Source: Eledone cirrhosa (Eukaryota). Taken from it: DNA of 64,000 bases. Within the stretch, counting starts at the first letter, position 1, and each line of letters opens with the position of its first letter. Where the stretch lies: positions 267,034,001-267,098,000 of the forward strand of contig OZ024743.1 in the NCBI GenBank assembly GCA_964016885.1, in the 5' to 3' direction. Made by a program: the position numbers and the translations under genes. A model generated the notes under the pieces. The model was not told the DNA's origin. It did not search any database and saw only the letters and a program-made list of their open reading frames with translations. Positions 28,501 through 39,920 of the stretch are shown piece by piece.

Positions 28501-29700
28501 TGTCGATCTCACAGATCACAAATTTGTAGTCTATGTAGTCGACTATCTTAAATTGTGGACAATTTATACTAGCCTTATCTAGTCCTCTGCAGAATACCCT
28601 ATCGAGATATGAGCTGGATGACCCGATGCGGTTTGTCCATGTCCACATTCGCACATTCGGGTTATTCAGTCAATACCTCTCAGAGTTCAAAACGTCTGAG
28701 CAGGTTGGTGAGGCTCTTGCACCCATCTCCCATATTCACTAGACCCACACAATCATAGCGTGCATCTAAGATACCGTTCCAGTCGCCCACTAACACTAAA
28801 GAGCGGGACGTTCCAAGAAAGATCTCTAGGCGTCTGAAGAAATCTGGCCGTCCTGCCCCTGTTGGGGTGTAAACGGCTACTAGCCTGAAAGCATTGCCTT
28901 CGCTACCGGTCACGTCCAGCACCACCGACTTACGTTCTGGGTCCAGGAAGATGGCCCGTATGGCGAGATCCAAGCCTCATGGTCGTGTGGTGAAGGGACA
29001 GTAGAACTAACCCTTCGACTGGTCATGGGGGTTTCCAAGAGGATGTCAGTGTATATCCTCTTGGTAACCGACCCTCTGAAGTCTCCAACTACGTTGGGGA
29101 ATTTTTGTTTTAAAAGTTTGTACTGTTCTATTTTAATTTCAATGATGCTTATGTTTGTCGGGAGAGTTCTTGGTATTGGTGGGGTGTAGTAGTTTTTTTC
29201 TGTGATGTCTGTGTTCTGCTTTATATGTTGTATGAGTTCTTTATTTGCCATGTTTATGGCTGTGTACCTTTTGGGGGGAGGGGTTTTTGTTGTTTTCTTC
29301 TTTTTGCTGTTTGGTGTGTGTGTTTTGTTTGGTTTGCGTTGTTGGTGTTTTTGGTGATGCTGGTGGTGGTGTGGTTGTTGTTGGCAGTGGTGCTTGTGGT
29401 GGTGATGGTGATGGGGTGTTGCTGCAAGTCTCCTTGCAGCCTTTACCCCTCTTTGTGTGCTTTCAATTTTGGAGGGTGAAGCTAAGGGTTTTTTTTCTTT
29501 TTTGTGTTGTGTGGCAGACCGTTTGCCACGTCACTCCAGCCTCAAACTTCATGTCGGATTCCGTGGCGTCTAGTTGGGGTATATGCTCCACGGCTGTTGG
29601 TGATGGTAGTGGAGCCCTCTCCGGCGATGTTCTTGCTGATGCAGCTACTGCAAATGTAGCTGCTGTGTTGCCACTACTGATGGTGTTGCTTTAGATGGTG
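25534..29700 (-). mobile_element. Tx1-clade LINE copy A, degenerate (partial ORF1 plus ORF2)
   Basis: APE motifs (LVLVGDWN, SYLDRVF), RT (FRPITLLN, LDQSKAFDRVDH, SAYADY), C-terminal CPRC..DETVVHALVQC. 3' end AATAAAGTAATC followed by (ATT)n at 25510-25533. The ORF1/ORF2 junction is deleted near 28976. Confidence 0.92.
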
Positions 29701-32700
29701 TCTTTCAACAAAATGCTGGGAAGAGACCACTTCCCTCTCTACCCTGATTTTCCTTTTCAAATGAAATTTGAAAAAGTTAATCAGGGCATCAGCGAAGAGG
29801 TAAATGCTCGTCTTCAGCCCTTTCAAACGTGTCCACCATACTATCTCTTTCGCCATGGCCACCAGACAGATAAAAATTGCCTACCCTTCCCGGCTAAAGG
29901 AAGAGGACAGGGCAATCCTCACGATGGGCTCAACTGATAGCTGGATCCGTCTTACATGTGACAGCAGGTGTTCGACATAAATCCACAAGTCAGCAATGCT
30001 CGGACACTGGACAAGTGCGTGCAAGACGGTTTCGTCGCCCTGCGCGCATCTCGGACATGCCCGGCTGACGGCACCTCCATCCCTGTAGAGTTTATCCCGA
30101 ACTGGCAAAGCTTCTCGGTAACACTGCCAGGCCAGAGATTTCTGGAAATTGTCCATAGGCCCCGGCCCGAAAGTCCTTCCGAAGAGGTTGGCTAGTTGAT
30201 TTACGTCGACGCCTAGAGTTTCTCCAAGTACGTCGTCGCTCTTCCCCTCCACTAATCCTCTATAGAACGCCAAGGTGGAGTTTCCACCGATCACATTGCC
30301 CGATTGGTCGAGTACTGTGAACGCCTCAAGACATACCGGTCTCCAAGCGCTCCCTCTCGGTCTTCGCTTGACACAGGACTGCAGCTCCGTCAAGGAGACG
30401 AGCTGGTGAAAGACGTGCCTAGCAAACGGCGACCACACCTGATCACCGTCGAGGAAGAGGTGGAGATGTCGTAGCCTAAGCGCGTGTCTGCGCATCATCA
30501 GCCACGGCATGCCCAGCCCTCCACGTAGCGGGTGTTGACAACAGATGGACCGCCTGACCATCGGAGCGCGTCCCTTCCACAAAAAGCGAAAGAGCAATCG
30601 CTCCAGCGCAGTCAGGCGGGGCTTAGGACAAGGTACGATGTCAGGCGGTAGTACGCGATGTACGCGTTAGCCACCTCCGCTCGACCTTTCAGGGATAGCT
30701 TCCTCTCCGCCAATTTCTGGGTGAGAGAAGCCACCCTGCTCGTCACCTCGTCCCAGTTTTTGTCCGTCTGGAGGTCAGGATCGAACCAGACACCTAGCAA
30801 ATTTAATCGGTCCGTCCGTCCAGCACCCGAAGACGCTGTTGGACGGCATGGACCTGCCACTCCAGGTGCCGAGCTGCAGGCCCACTGACTTTTCCTGGTT
30901 GATCATTGCTCCTGTCACCGCTTCGTATTCTCTTAGTGTAGTGCTGATCGCCTCTAGTGTGTTTGGCGTTCGACACCACTACGGTGACATCGTCCGCATA
31001 TGCTGACACGGATCTTCCGCATCCTGGTTCGCGCGGGACGCCCCTCAACGTCTCCAGTTTGTGCAGTAATGGCTCGAGAGTCAATACGTACAAGAGGGGC
31101 GAAAGGGGTCATCCTGGTGGACCGAGCGCATGAGGTTGAACGTTTCCGAAAGGTGACCGTTCACTCTCACCACAGAGCAGATGTCGCTGTGCATGGCAGC
31201 GATCCAGCCTCTGAAGACGGGCCCAAAGCCAGCCGCCCTCAGGACTGCCGCTAGGTAACGATGGTCGACCCTATCGAAAGCTTTCGACTGATCTAAATTG
31301 ATCAAGGACCCACCCCTGCCATATTCCCAGGTTCCCTAGCTACCCTCTCTACGATGCATGAGGTGGAGGTTGTCGTGGATGGATCTGTCGGTAATGGCGC
31401 ATGACTGCGCCTCTCCCAGCAAGACCACCAACGACAAGCGCCAGCCTCTTTGCTAGCACCTTGGCCAAAATCTTGAACTCTGTGTTTAGCAGAGTTATGG
31501 GCCTGAAATTATCTATGTTATCCTCCTGGTTCGGATCCTTTCTCAGCAGCGCCACAGTTCCTCGGCTCACAGAGCTGGGAATTCTCCCGCCCAGTTTCAG
31601 TAGACGTCCGCCAAGAGGCCTCCGAACAAGTCTAGCATTTGTACGTAAAGTTCATAGGGCAGACCATCCAAACCAGGCGATTTACCCCTTGTGCAGCCAG
31701 TCATTGCCTCCACTACTTCAGCGGCTGTTATTGGCTTTTCGCAACACTCCACCTCAGTGGCCGGCAACCGCGGCAGTCCGTCGAGGTAGACACTAAAGTC
31801 CATCCCTCGATCCGGCCCACCACTGCCCCGAACATTTGAGCGAAGTGTCGCTGGAAAGCTTCACACATTTGCCCGGGATCGAGTAGCATGCGCCCGTCGT
31901 GGTCCACCAAAGACTGAATCGTGGCTTTGTTGCCACGACGCGCCTCCGCTCTCGGGCCAATTGAACGGCTTTCGTCCCCTCGTGTCTGAGAGCACGCCCC
32001 CTAGCTCTGACAACGCAGCCTTCGAGCTTTGCAATGAAGAATTGGTCAAGGGCCAATTTCGCCGCAAGTACGTCGGTCGAGATGCCTTTGCTAAGCGCCT
32101 CGTCTAATTTTCTAACTAATTCTCCCTCTGCTTTATTTCTCTCTATTGCTAAAGCCTTACTAAACCTAATGGACTCTATTCTAATTGCTCTTTTCAGAGC
32201 AAACCACCACTTGTTGTTGACGATGGCCCCCGTCAACACCCGCTTAACTAGTTCGCTAATCCGGTCTCTGTAGGCCTTGCGCGCTGGTAAGGACGCGTTT
32301 AGCTTCCAGTAGCCGGGTCCTCGTCTATGAAGCCTATCTAAATCAAGCACACAGATCACGAATTTGTGGTCCGTGTAGCTGACTATCTTGAATTGTGGAC
32401 AGCCTATGCTAGACCTATCTATTTCCCTACAAAATACTCTATCTAGATATGATCTGGATGACCCTATGCGATTTGTCCAAGTCCACATTGGCACATTCGG
32501 GAAATCCAATTGGTACCTGTCAGACAGTTCAAAACGCCTGAGCAGGTTGGTGAGACTCTTTCACCCTCCTCCCCTATCCACTAATCCCACACAGTCCCAG
32601 CGTGCATCTAAGATCCCGTTCCAGTCGCCCACTAACACTAAAGATCGGGACGTTCCAAGAAAGGTCTCCAGACGCCGGAAGAAATCAGGCCGCCCTGCTC

Positions 32701-33044
32701 CTGTCGGGGCATAAACGGCCACTAGCCTGAAAGCTTGCCCGTCTCCGCTGGTCACGTCCAGCACCACCAACTTACCTTCTGGGTCCAGGAAGATGACCCG
32801 TATGGCGAGATCTAAACCTCTCCGAAAAAGCACAGCAACTCCTCCCCCGATCCCGGACGACCGGGAGATTTGTACACATCATAGCCGCCGAAGATCGGTA
32901 CGAAGGCCCGTGTTTCGCAGATCTGGTCTCGCTGATGGCCACTACATCTCTGTTTAGTGACCTGAGGTCGTTGAGCAGGTGGCCCTGCTTCCATGACGAC
33001 CCCAAGCCACGCGCATTTATGCTGCCTATTCTGAGTGAGGTCAT
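29701..33044 (-). pseudogene. Tx1 ORF2 (APE endonuclease + reverse transcriptase), frameshifted
   Basis: Collinear ORF fragments: GSINARGL, VGDWN, YLDRVF, YTDHK, KSPGLDGLP, FRPITLLN, KAFDRVDH, AYADDVTV, GGLG, CPRC. Confidence 0.9.
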
Positions 33045-33949
33045 GTTGAAATGGAGTGGAAAAGATGGGAAAGACCACTTACCTTACTTCTCATAGAGGA
33101 AGGACGGTTAGTCCATCCTTTTCACTGCCTCTGGCCTCCTTAGGAATGATGTCCTTATAAATCCTCCTGGAGAGTGCTAGTCGGAAGTCTCCGATGTCTT
33201 TGGGGAATTTTTGTTTTAGTGTCATGTACGTTTTCTGCGTGATGCGAGTGATCTGTGGGTGTGGAAGTGGTGTGAACTTTTGGGTTGTTGTGTAGTCTTT
33301 TTCTGTGATGCTGGTGTTGTGTTGGATGTAGTGTAATTATTGGTTGTTGTTCAAATTTAATGCTGTGTAGTGTGTATCGTTTTGGTTGTTTTGTCTTGTT
33401 TGCGTTTGTTGTGGGTTTGTTTCTGTTTCGCATTTTGGTCACTTTTGTGGTGTAGGTGATGGTGGTGTTGGGGTTAATGATGGTGATGGTGTTGGTGTTT
33501 GGGGTGATAGGATTGGTGATGCTGGTGTGGATGGTGGCATGTCTGCCCTAACTTTTTTGTTTGATAGTTTATTTGTTTCCCTCTGTATTTTGTTTTTGGA
33601 GGGGAGGGAAGATAATTTTTTTCTATTTTATTTCTTTATTTCTTTTTTCCTGATACCGTTCCCCACTCCTCGTCGTCACAATCTGTCTCCCGTTGTGATA
33701 GGCCGTGGAGTGGAAAATCCTCCACAGGCGTTAGTTTTGGTTGTGGCGTGGTAGATGATGTAGGCCAGTGGTCGCCAACCTTTCTAAAACCGAGGAACCC
33801 TCTAAATATTTTGAATTCTTCACGGAACCTATACAATACAAAACTTTTCAAAAAAAAATAATGAAGTATTTATTTATTTTAGTGTTTCATGCGTGTGTAT
33901 GTAATCGAACACAATTAACTAGTGACTTTTCTGCTGTTGCGCCTCATCA

Positions 33950-35540
33950 GTGAATTTAGAAAATCGACGTTCAACACTAGTTAATGCCAGTCTCATACAC
34001 TCGTCAATTGCTGACAGTTTATTCATCTTCTTTGTGCAGATTTCTACCAACTGCGAAAACCCTTCGCACAAGTAGCTAGATGGGAATAAAGTCAAATATT
34101 TCAATGCAAGTTGGCTGATTTCATTAAACTACCCAATCAAGAATAAATCGATCCATAGTTCTTTCTTTCTGCTTTCGAATATCACTTTCAGGTCTTCGTT
34201 TGAATTCAAATCCATCAACTGATGTAAGCATTGTGCAGGTAGTAAATTTTTACAATTTCCAGTGTCATTTTCTGACACTAACTGCTCGATCTCGGCGAAC
34301 GTGTTTTTTATCCATAAATTTCCGCTAACAATATCTTTTTCCATCAAGTCAAAATAATCTGAAAAACTTATGGAAAGCACATTTAAATGAGAAAGAATAA
34401 TCTTCTTTAGATTGCTGGAGTCAAAATATTCTCTCTTTTTAAGCTCTATTTCAAGGTTTGAAAGTAATGAGTAATTGTCCGATTCAATTCTTTTTATAAA
34501 GATGTTTAATTTTGATTGAAAATATGTAATAAAATTGATTGAAGTCAAAATATCTGCATTGTTACCCTGAAGACACTTATTTAGTTTGTTCAGTTTACCA
34601 AAAATGTCTACTAAATAAGCGAGTTGCACATTCCATTCATTGGTTTCTAATACACTTGCTCTTTCATCATTCTGTTTTTTTAGAAAAACTATTATTTCTT
34701 CTCTCAGTTCAAAAACTCTCTTCATAGCATCGCCAAAAACAGCCAACGCACATCATTGTTCAATAACAATCTATTATAATTAATTCCAGAAAATTCACAA
34801 ATAGATTCAAACATTCTAGAATTTTTTACTCTTGCATGTATCAAATTGATAATTTTGACAATGTCTTTCAGCTGGTCATTTAATATTTGAGCATCTCTGT
34901 CTTTGAATTTTTTTAACACAAAACCTCTCATTGAATCATACAATGATTTGAACTACCTTTTTGGGTCTGTTCTTTCATTTTTCCAATCAAACCAGAATTT
35001 TTACCAGTCATTGCAGCTGCTACGTCTTTTGTTATTGAAGTCAACTTGCTGCAAGATACACCATTTTTAAAAAAATACTCTTCAATGTTATTGAATATAT
35101 CTTGACCGTTAGTTGTGATGTCTAATACCAGACAAAACAAATACTCTTCTACTAATTCTTTTTTATCAAGGTCTACAAACCGTACATAGCAAATTAATTG
35201 AGCCTTGTTATTATTATCCGTAGTTTCGTCCACTTGCAGACCAAAACATGTGCTTTTCTTTAGTGCGCAGTCAGTATCTGATTTTCTATATCAGAAGAAA
35301 TATCAATTATCCTTCTTTTTACGGTATTTGCTGACAATGGTAACTGGCTTAATTTTTCTTTGTCCTTAATACTGCAGCTTTCAAAAAGATTCTCTGTAGC
35401 AATGTTTATACGTGGCAGAATTAACTGTTCTCCTAATGTAAATGGTTTCTTGTTTTTACCAATCAAATGTGAAATTTCAAAAGATGTTCTTGTTAAAGCT
35501 TTATTTCTATCTGACTTTTTACAAAACAAGTCATACATAT
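33950..35540 (-). pseudogene. hAT transposase (ZBED5/Buster-like), frameshifted
   Basis: Motifs KPFTLGEQLI, LPLSANTVKRRI, DETTD, AQLICYVRF, HCMI, DVRWL, LAYLVDIF, YLCE. Confidence 0.9.
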
Positions 35541-35941
35541 TAGCTTGTGATTTTTTTATGTTGTTTTTCAGCGAAGTAAATATTCCAGTGACTTGCTTTT
35601 ATCATTGGTGTGAAATCCATATCTAACATAATCATTGGTGTGAAATCCATATCTAACATAATCATCACACCACTGTCTAACCTTTAAAATATTAGGGGTT
35701 ACTGAAAAAGGTGCACATTTATAAACAACTAGAAGAAATCTTTTTCAGAGTCCAGCACTTCCTGCATATACTACTTTAGGGTCGTATTAAATATTATTGG
35801 TAATGTAAATATATTTAAATATCCGCCATACTAAAAGGTGCAAAAAAATGCAAATCAGCTGATAGGGTAGAAGATCTGACGATGGTATTGGAAATTAATT
35901 CAGATATCTTCTATCTATTTTGACTCAAAGTTAGATATAAT

Positions 35942-36036
35942 TGTTTCTACTTTAGGCACAAGGCCAGCATTTATCCAGTGCATTACTGGTACTTTATTTC
36001 ATCGACCCCGTAAGGATGAAAGGCAAAGTCAAACCT
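35942..36036 (-). mobile_element. 5'-truncated SINE inside the hAT
   Basis: SINE 3' half flanked by the 17-bp TSD TCAAAGTTAGATATAAT (35925-35941 and 36037-36053). Confidence 0.9.
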
Positions 36037-38445
36037 TCAAAGTTAGATATAATATAAGAAGGCTTTAGGCTGCGTTAAACATATATTAGATTGGAACAAA
36101 TAAAGTTTAGTCAAATGTTTGTGGACATATATATTTATTGTATAAAGTAATTTCTCAATTGTGAATGCAGATGTCATCAAATGAATACATAATTGTGTGG
36201 CAAAGTTTATAGTAATGCATGGAATACAAAATTACCTTTGTTAGTAGTCGAAACTTTACAGGCGTTATATTTTCTGTGCAAAGTACAACAGAATGTAACG
36301 TGTTCTTATTTAGAATTGTCTGTAGAACTGGATGCATGTTGAAAACGACTAGTAAGCGAGTTCACTCTGTGAGGAAACTTTAGGCGACTTTAAAGCTTTT
36401 GTGAGGACAGCAGATTAAAACGTGTTCTCTATTGAAAACATTCTACTGAACTTACGTCGTGAGAACAGCGAACTGACCCTGTCTCTCGGCTGAAAGACCT
36501 CGCTGAAGTGAAGTTTTCAGTTTAAAGTTATGCTGTTATCGACCAACATGTACTTGTTCGTGATTGGTCAATTTCTAAGTTCAATTAGTGTATTATCAGT
36601 AGCAGTCTCGGAATTCAGAAAACTATATCTTTCCAAGAATTGATGTGAAATTGAAAGTATTCAATTTTCACGAATCTCAGAACAGTGTTTTTCTGCTAAT
36701 TCAAGTGAGAAACTGAAAGTAGTGTTTTCCACGAATTGGAGTGGAGAACATGTGTACACTACAATAGTACTCGTTCATTTATACATTGCACCTTTGGCAT
36801 TTTCTTTGCACCTTTTTAAGAAAACCTAAAATATTAATGGTAATGTAAATATTTATTTTTTTAAGGAACCCGGAGTTTGTTTTACGGAACCCCATGGTTC
36901 CGCGGAACCCATGTTGGCGACCACTGGTGTAGGCGCTGGTGCTAGTTCTGAAGCGTTGGGTGGTGGTGGTGTTGGTTTTGCTACTGTTGCTGGGGTTGTT
37001 GATGTTACATTTGCTTCTGTTGTTGCTGCTACAGTTGTTGCTGCCATCTCTGCTGCTGGTGGTGTTGATGGTTGAGTCACTGGGGTGGGTAAGAGAGGTG
37101 GCCTCAACCTTTTAGCCTGAGGGCAGAAAGCCCTTAGGTGGGTTCCTTCACCACAAACGACACACCTAGGCCTTCTGCCCTCGACAATTACGGTGAGGTG
37201 GCTGCCGTCAGTGAGGTCTATTACCTCTGGGATCTCCTCAACGCTTTTTTTGGTCCGCTTGGATCAGGAGCTCCAGCCCAGATCCGGACCAGTTCTCCTG
37301 CTTTTCTTTCGCTATTTCTATTATCTTGGTGTTGGCTTCGATGCCGGCGAGGACGGCAGCTATTAGCCAGGGAATTTCGATGGCCGGTGGAACGTGGGTC
37401 ACTCTGATCTTTACGAGTCTCTGGCCACAATAGCTTGGGACGAGTGTAACATCGTCACTTCTTAATGGGGCCATGGAGTTTTCTCTAGCCCCCTCTGGTG
37501 TTTCAAAGAACACGGCCACGGTTCCATACTTCTGCCCACGTCTGATGTGGGTTTTTCTTGCCCACACATGTCCCAAAGCTTTTTGGATTTGGGACTCGGA
37601 TGCTCGTTCCACTCGGCGCGATTTTACATTAATTGTTCGGTAAGACACCGTGCATAGGCGCCGATGCTCCATTTTATTAGGTGGGTGGGTGGGGGTGGTG
37701 GGTGGGGGTGGTGGTGGGGGCTGACTCTGTACCCATCTTTTTTTACCATTTTTTTGCCTCTTCTAATTCCTCCTGAGTTACCTGAAATGCTTCGCACTGT
37801 TTTGCTATTCTGGCAAAACTCAGGGTGGTTTTTTTAATGTTATTGTTGCTGTTGTTGTTATCGTTATATTTGTTATTATTAATTTTAGTTTCAGTTATGG
37901 TGGTGGTGGCGTCAGTGGTGTTCGGTGTGGAAGAGTTCATTTTGGTTGAATTCATTTCGACATCACGAGTTAATTTATTTTTTCCTTTTGTTTCTGTTGT
38001 CGCGGTGTTGGTGGGGGTAGGGGTTGTCGCGGTGGTGGTGGTGGTGGCGGCTTTAACACCTGCAGTCATTGGTAATGGCGGGAAATGAATGTCTGCCTGA
38101 GAAAAATTTAAAATATTGCTACTGCTTATATTTTTAGTGTTGGCAAACGTAGTAATATTGACAATGGTGGTGTCGGTGTGAGGTGTTAGTTTGTGAGGAA
38201 GGCTCTAAGCTGCTTGGTGCAGAGGTGAGTCAGCCATGCTTTTTTCTAAGAAATTTGTTGACAATTATAAAAGTTTAAATTTTGGGCTGAAGGCCCCAAT
38301 CCTTTTGGGTGTCCTTTTCATATAACAATGTATGTGCACTTATATACAGTTAACAATAACATTTTCCATGAATGGCAATTTTGAACAACTGAAAATAACA
38401 AACTTTGCGGAGCTCACGATGATACGATTTACTACGTAGGTCGCC

Positions 38446-38488
<43 letters not shown>

Positions 38489-39920
38489 GGGGAAGAAGAC
38501 GCAAATCTTGGAAAGATGGTCAGGAAATCGCTCCCGTAATTTTTTGATTTTTAACATATTTAAATCAATTGTGAAATAACAATTCTTAGTACAAATGATG
38601 CATAAGCACCAGACTCAAGCCTCAGAAAAATTCGGATCCATAATATATTGTTATATCGCTCAAATATTCAATTTTGTAATATACATTTTACATTCAAAAA
38701 AGAAAATGGTTATAAATGGAAGAAAACCCCTTCTGTCTACACTATATAGAACAGCCAAATAACAGCAATTTCACCAACACCACAAACTAGATACACCACC
38801 TACCCCATCACTCCTCTGTGTACACTAAATACAACAGCCAGATAACGGCAATTTCACCAACACCACCGCCAATCCCAGCATAATAATTATAATTACTATT
38901 ATTATTGTCTCAAGTTTTCACAAAATGTTTAATTCCAATATTAAAGTAATATGTCAATACATATATGCGACTAACCACATAGATTCACCGATCAAACAAA
39001 AATACAGTCTATTCAACAAAACTCAGTAACGACAACGCCATCACTACAGTCAAAGCCGTCACCACCCATCCATCATTGCTACTACTATCCCATCGCCGCC
39101 GCCGCCACTCCTTCATTTCTGCCACCGCTATTACCCCATTACCTTCTGTTAACTTACGAAAGGGGAAGGTGGCGGTATCACTAGACAATGTTAATAAACA
39201 ATATTAATATTTAATTTTGGATCAGGAATGTTAGAGTCGAAAAGGAGAAAAAAATGGCAAAATGACTAAATAGCTAAATAGCTAAAGATAATTCCACCAC
39301 CAACAACGCCGCCACTACCTCGCTAAAAACTCTGGTCAAGTTGCCTCGGCCGCTATTTCTACCCCAACTTCAACACCATCGCTACAGTACTACGATCACA
39401 TCACCACAGCCACTGCCTCATTATCGCTGCCGCCGCTATTCTCTCCCACTGCCTCCTGCTAGGTACTACTAGCACAACACCGCCACCAACACCAATGTCA
39501 CTGCTTCATTATCACTGCCGCCGCTATTCTCTCCCACTAGCCCCTGCTATAATCGTAGTGTCCCCACTAAAAGAAGAAGGCATCAAAATATATAAATAGA
39601 CTGAATTGATGACCCGGTCAAAATCAAAAAGCCAAAAATCAAAGCAGCACAGCAACAACGAAAAACGGAAAGAAAAGAAAAATGAAGAGAGAAACAAACA
39701 GACGGACAGAGAAGGGAAGGGAAAAACTAAGTCAGACATTCAAACATTACATTACAATTAAACTTATGCTTATTCATTATTTTTTTTTTTGCCTGTTTGT
39801 TTGTTTGTTTATTTATGTTCGTCTACAGCGTGATAATGCCACATAAAAAATCACCGGGAGTGACGAAATCACCGGTGGTTATGTAACCTTACATTCGCCA
39901 ATCCTCGATAAGAGTGTTTA

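Larger units (their letters stand above)
33766..36926 (-). mobile_element. hAT DNA transposon, Buster/Charlie-type
   Basis: 14-bp perfect TIR CAGTGGTCGCCAAC (33766-33779 / 36913-36926). 8-bp TSD ATGTAGGC / GTGTAGGC with central TA. Subterminal GGAACCC repeats. Confidence 0.95.
29701..38445 (-). mobile_element. Tx1-clade LINE copy B (5' end present, 3' UTR missing, interrupted by hAT)
   Basis: ORF1 starts near 38237 and includes the zinc knuckle CVVCGEGTHLRAFC (~37125-37165). ORF2 starts at 33044 (MTSLRIGSINARGL). The 5' end abuts (AAT)n at 38446-38488. Confidence 0.92.

Noticed and set aside
33040-33046. ATGA stop/start overlap suggesting ORF1-ORF2 translational coupling
   Set aside because: Translating ORF1 in its conserved frame shows it stops 35-50 nt upstream, so that TGA is in another frame.
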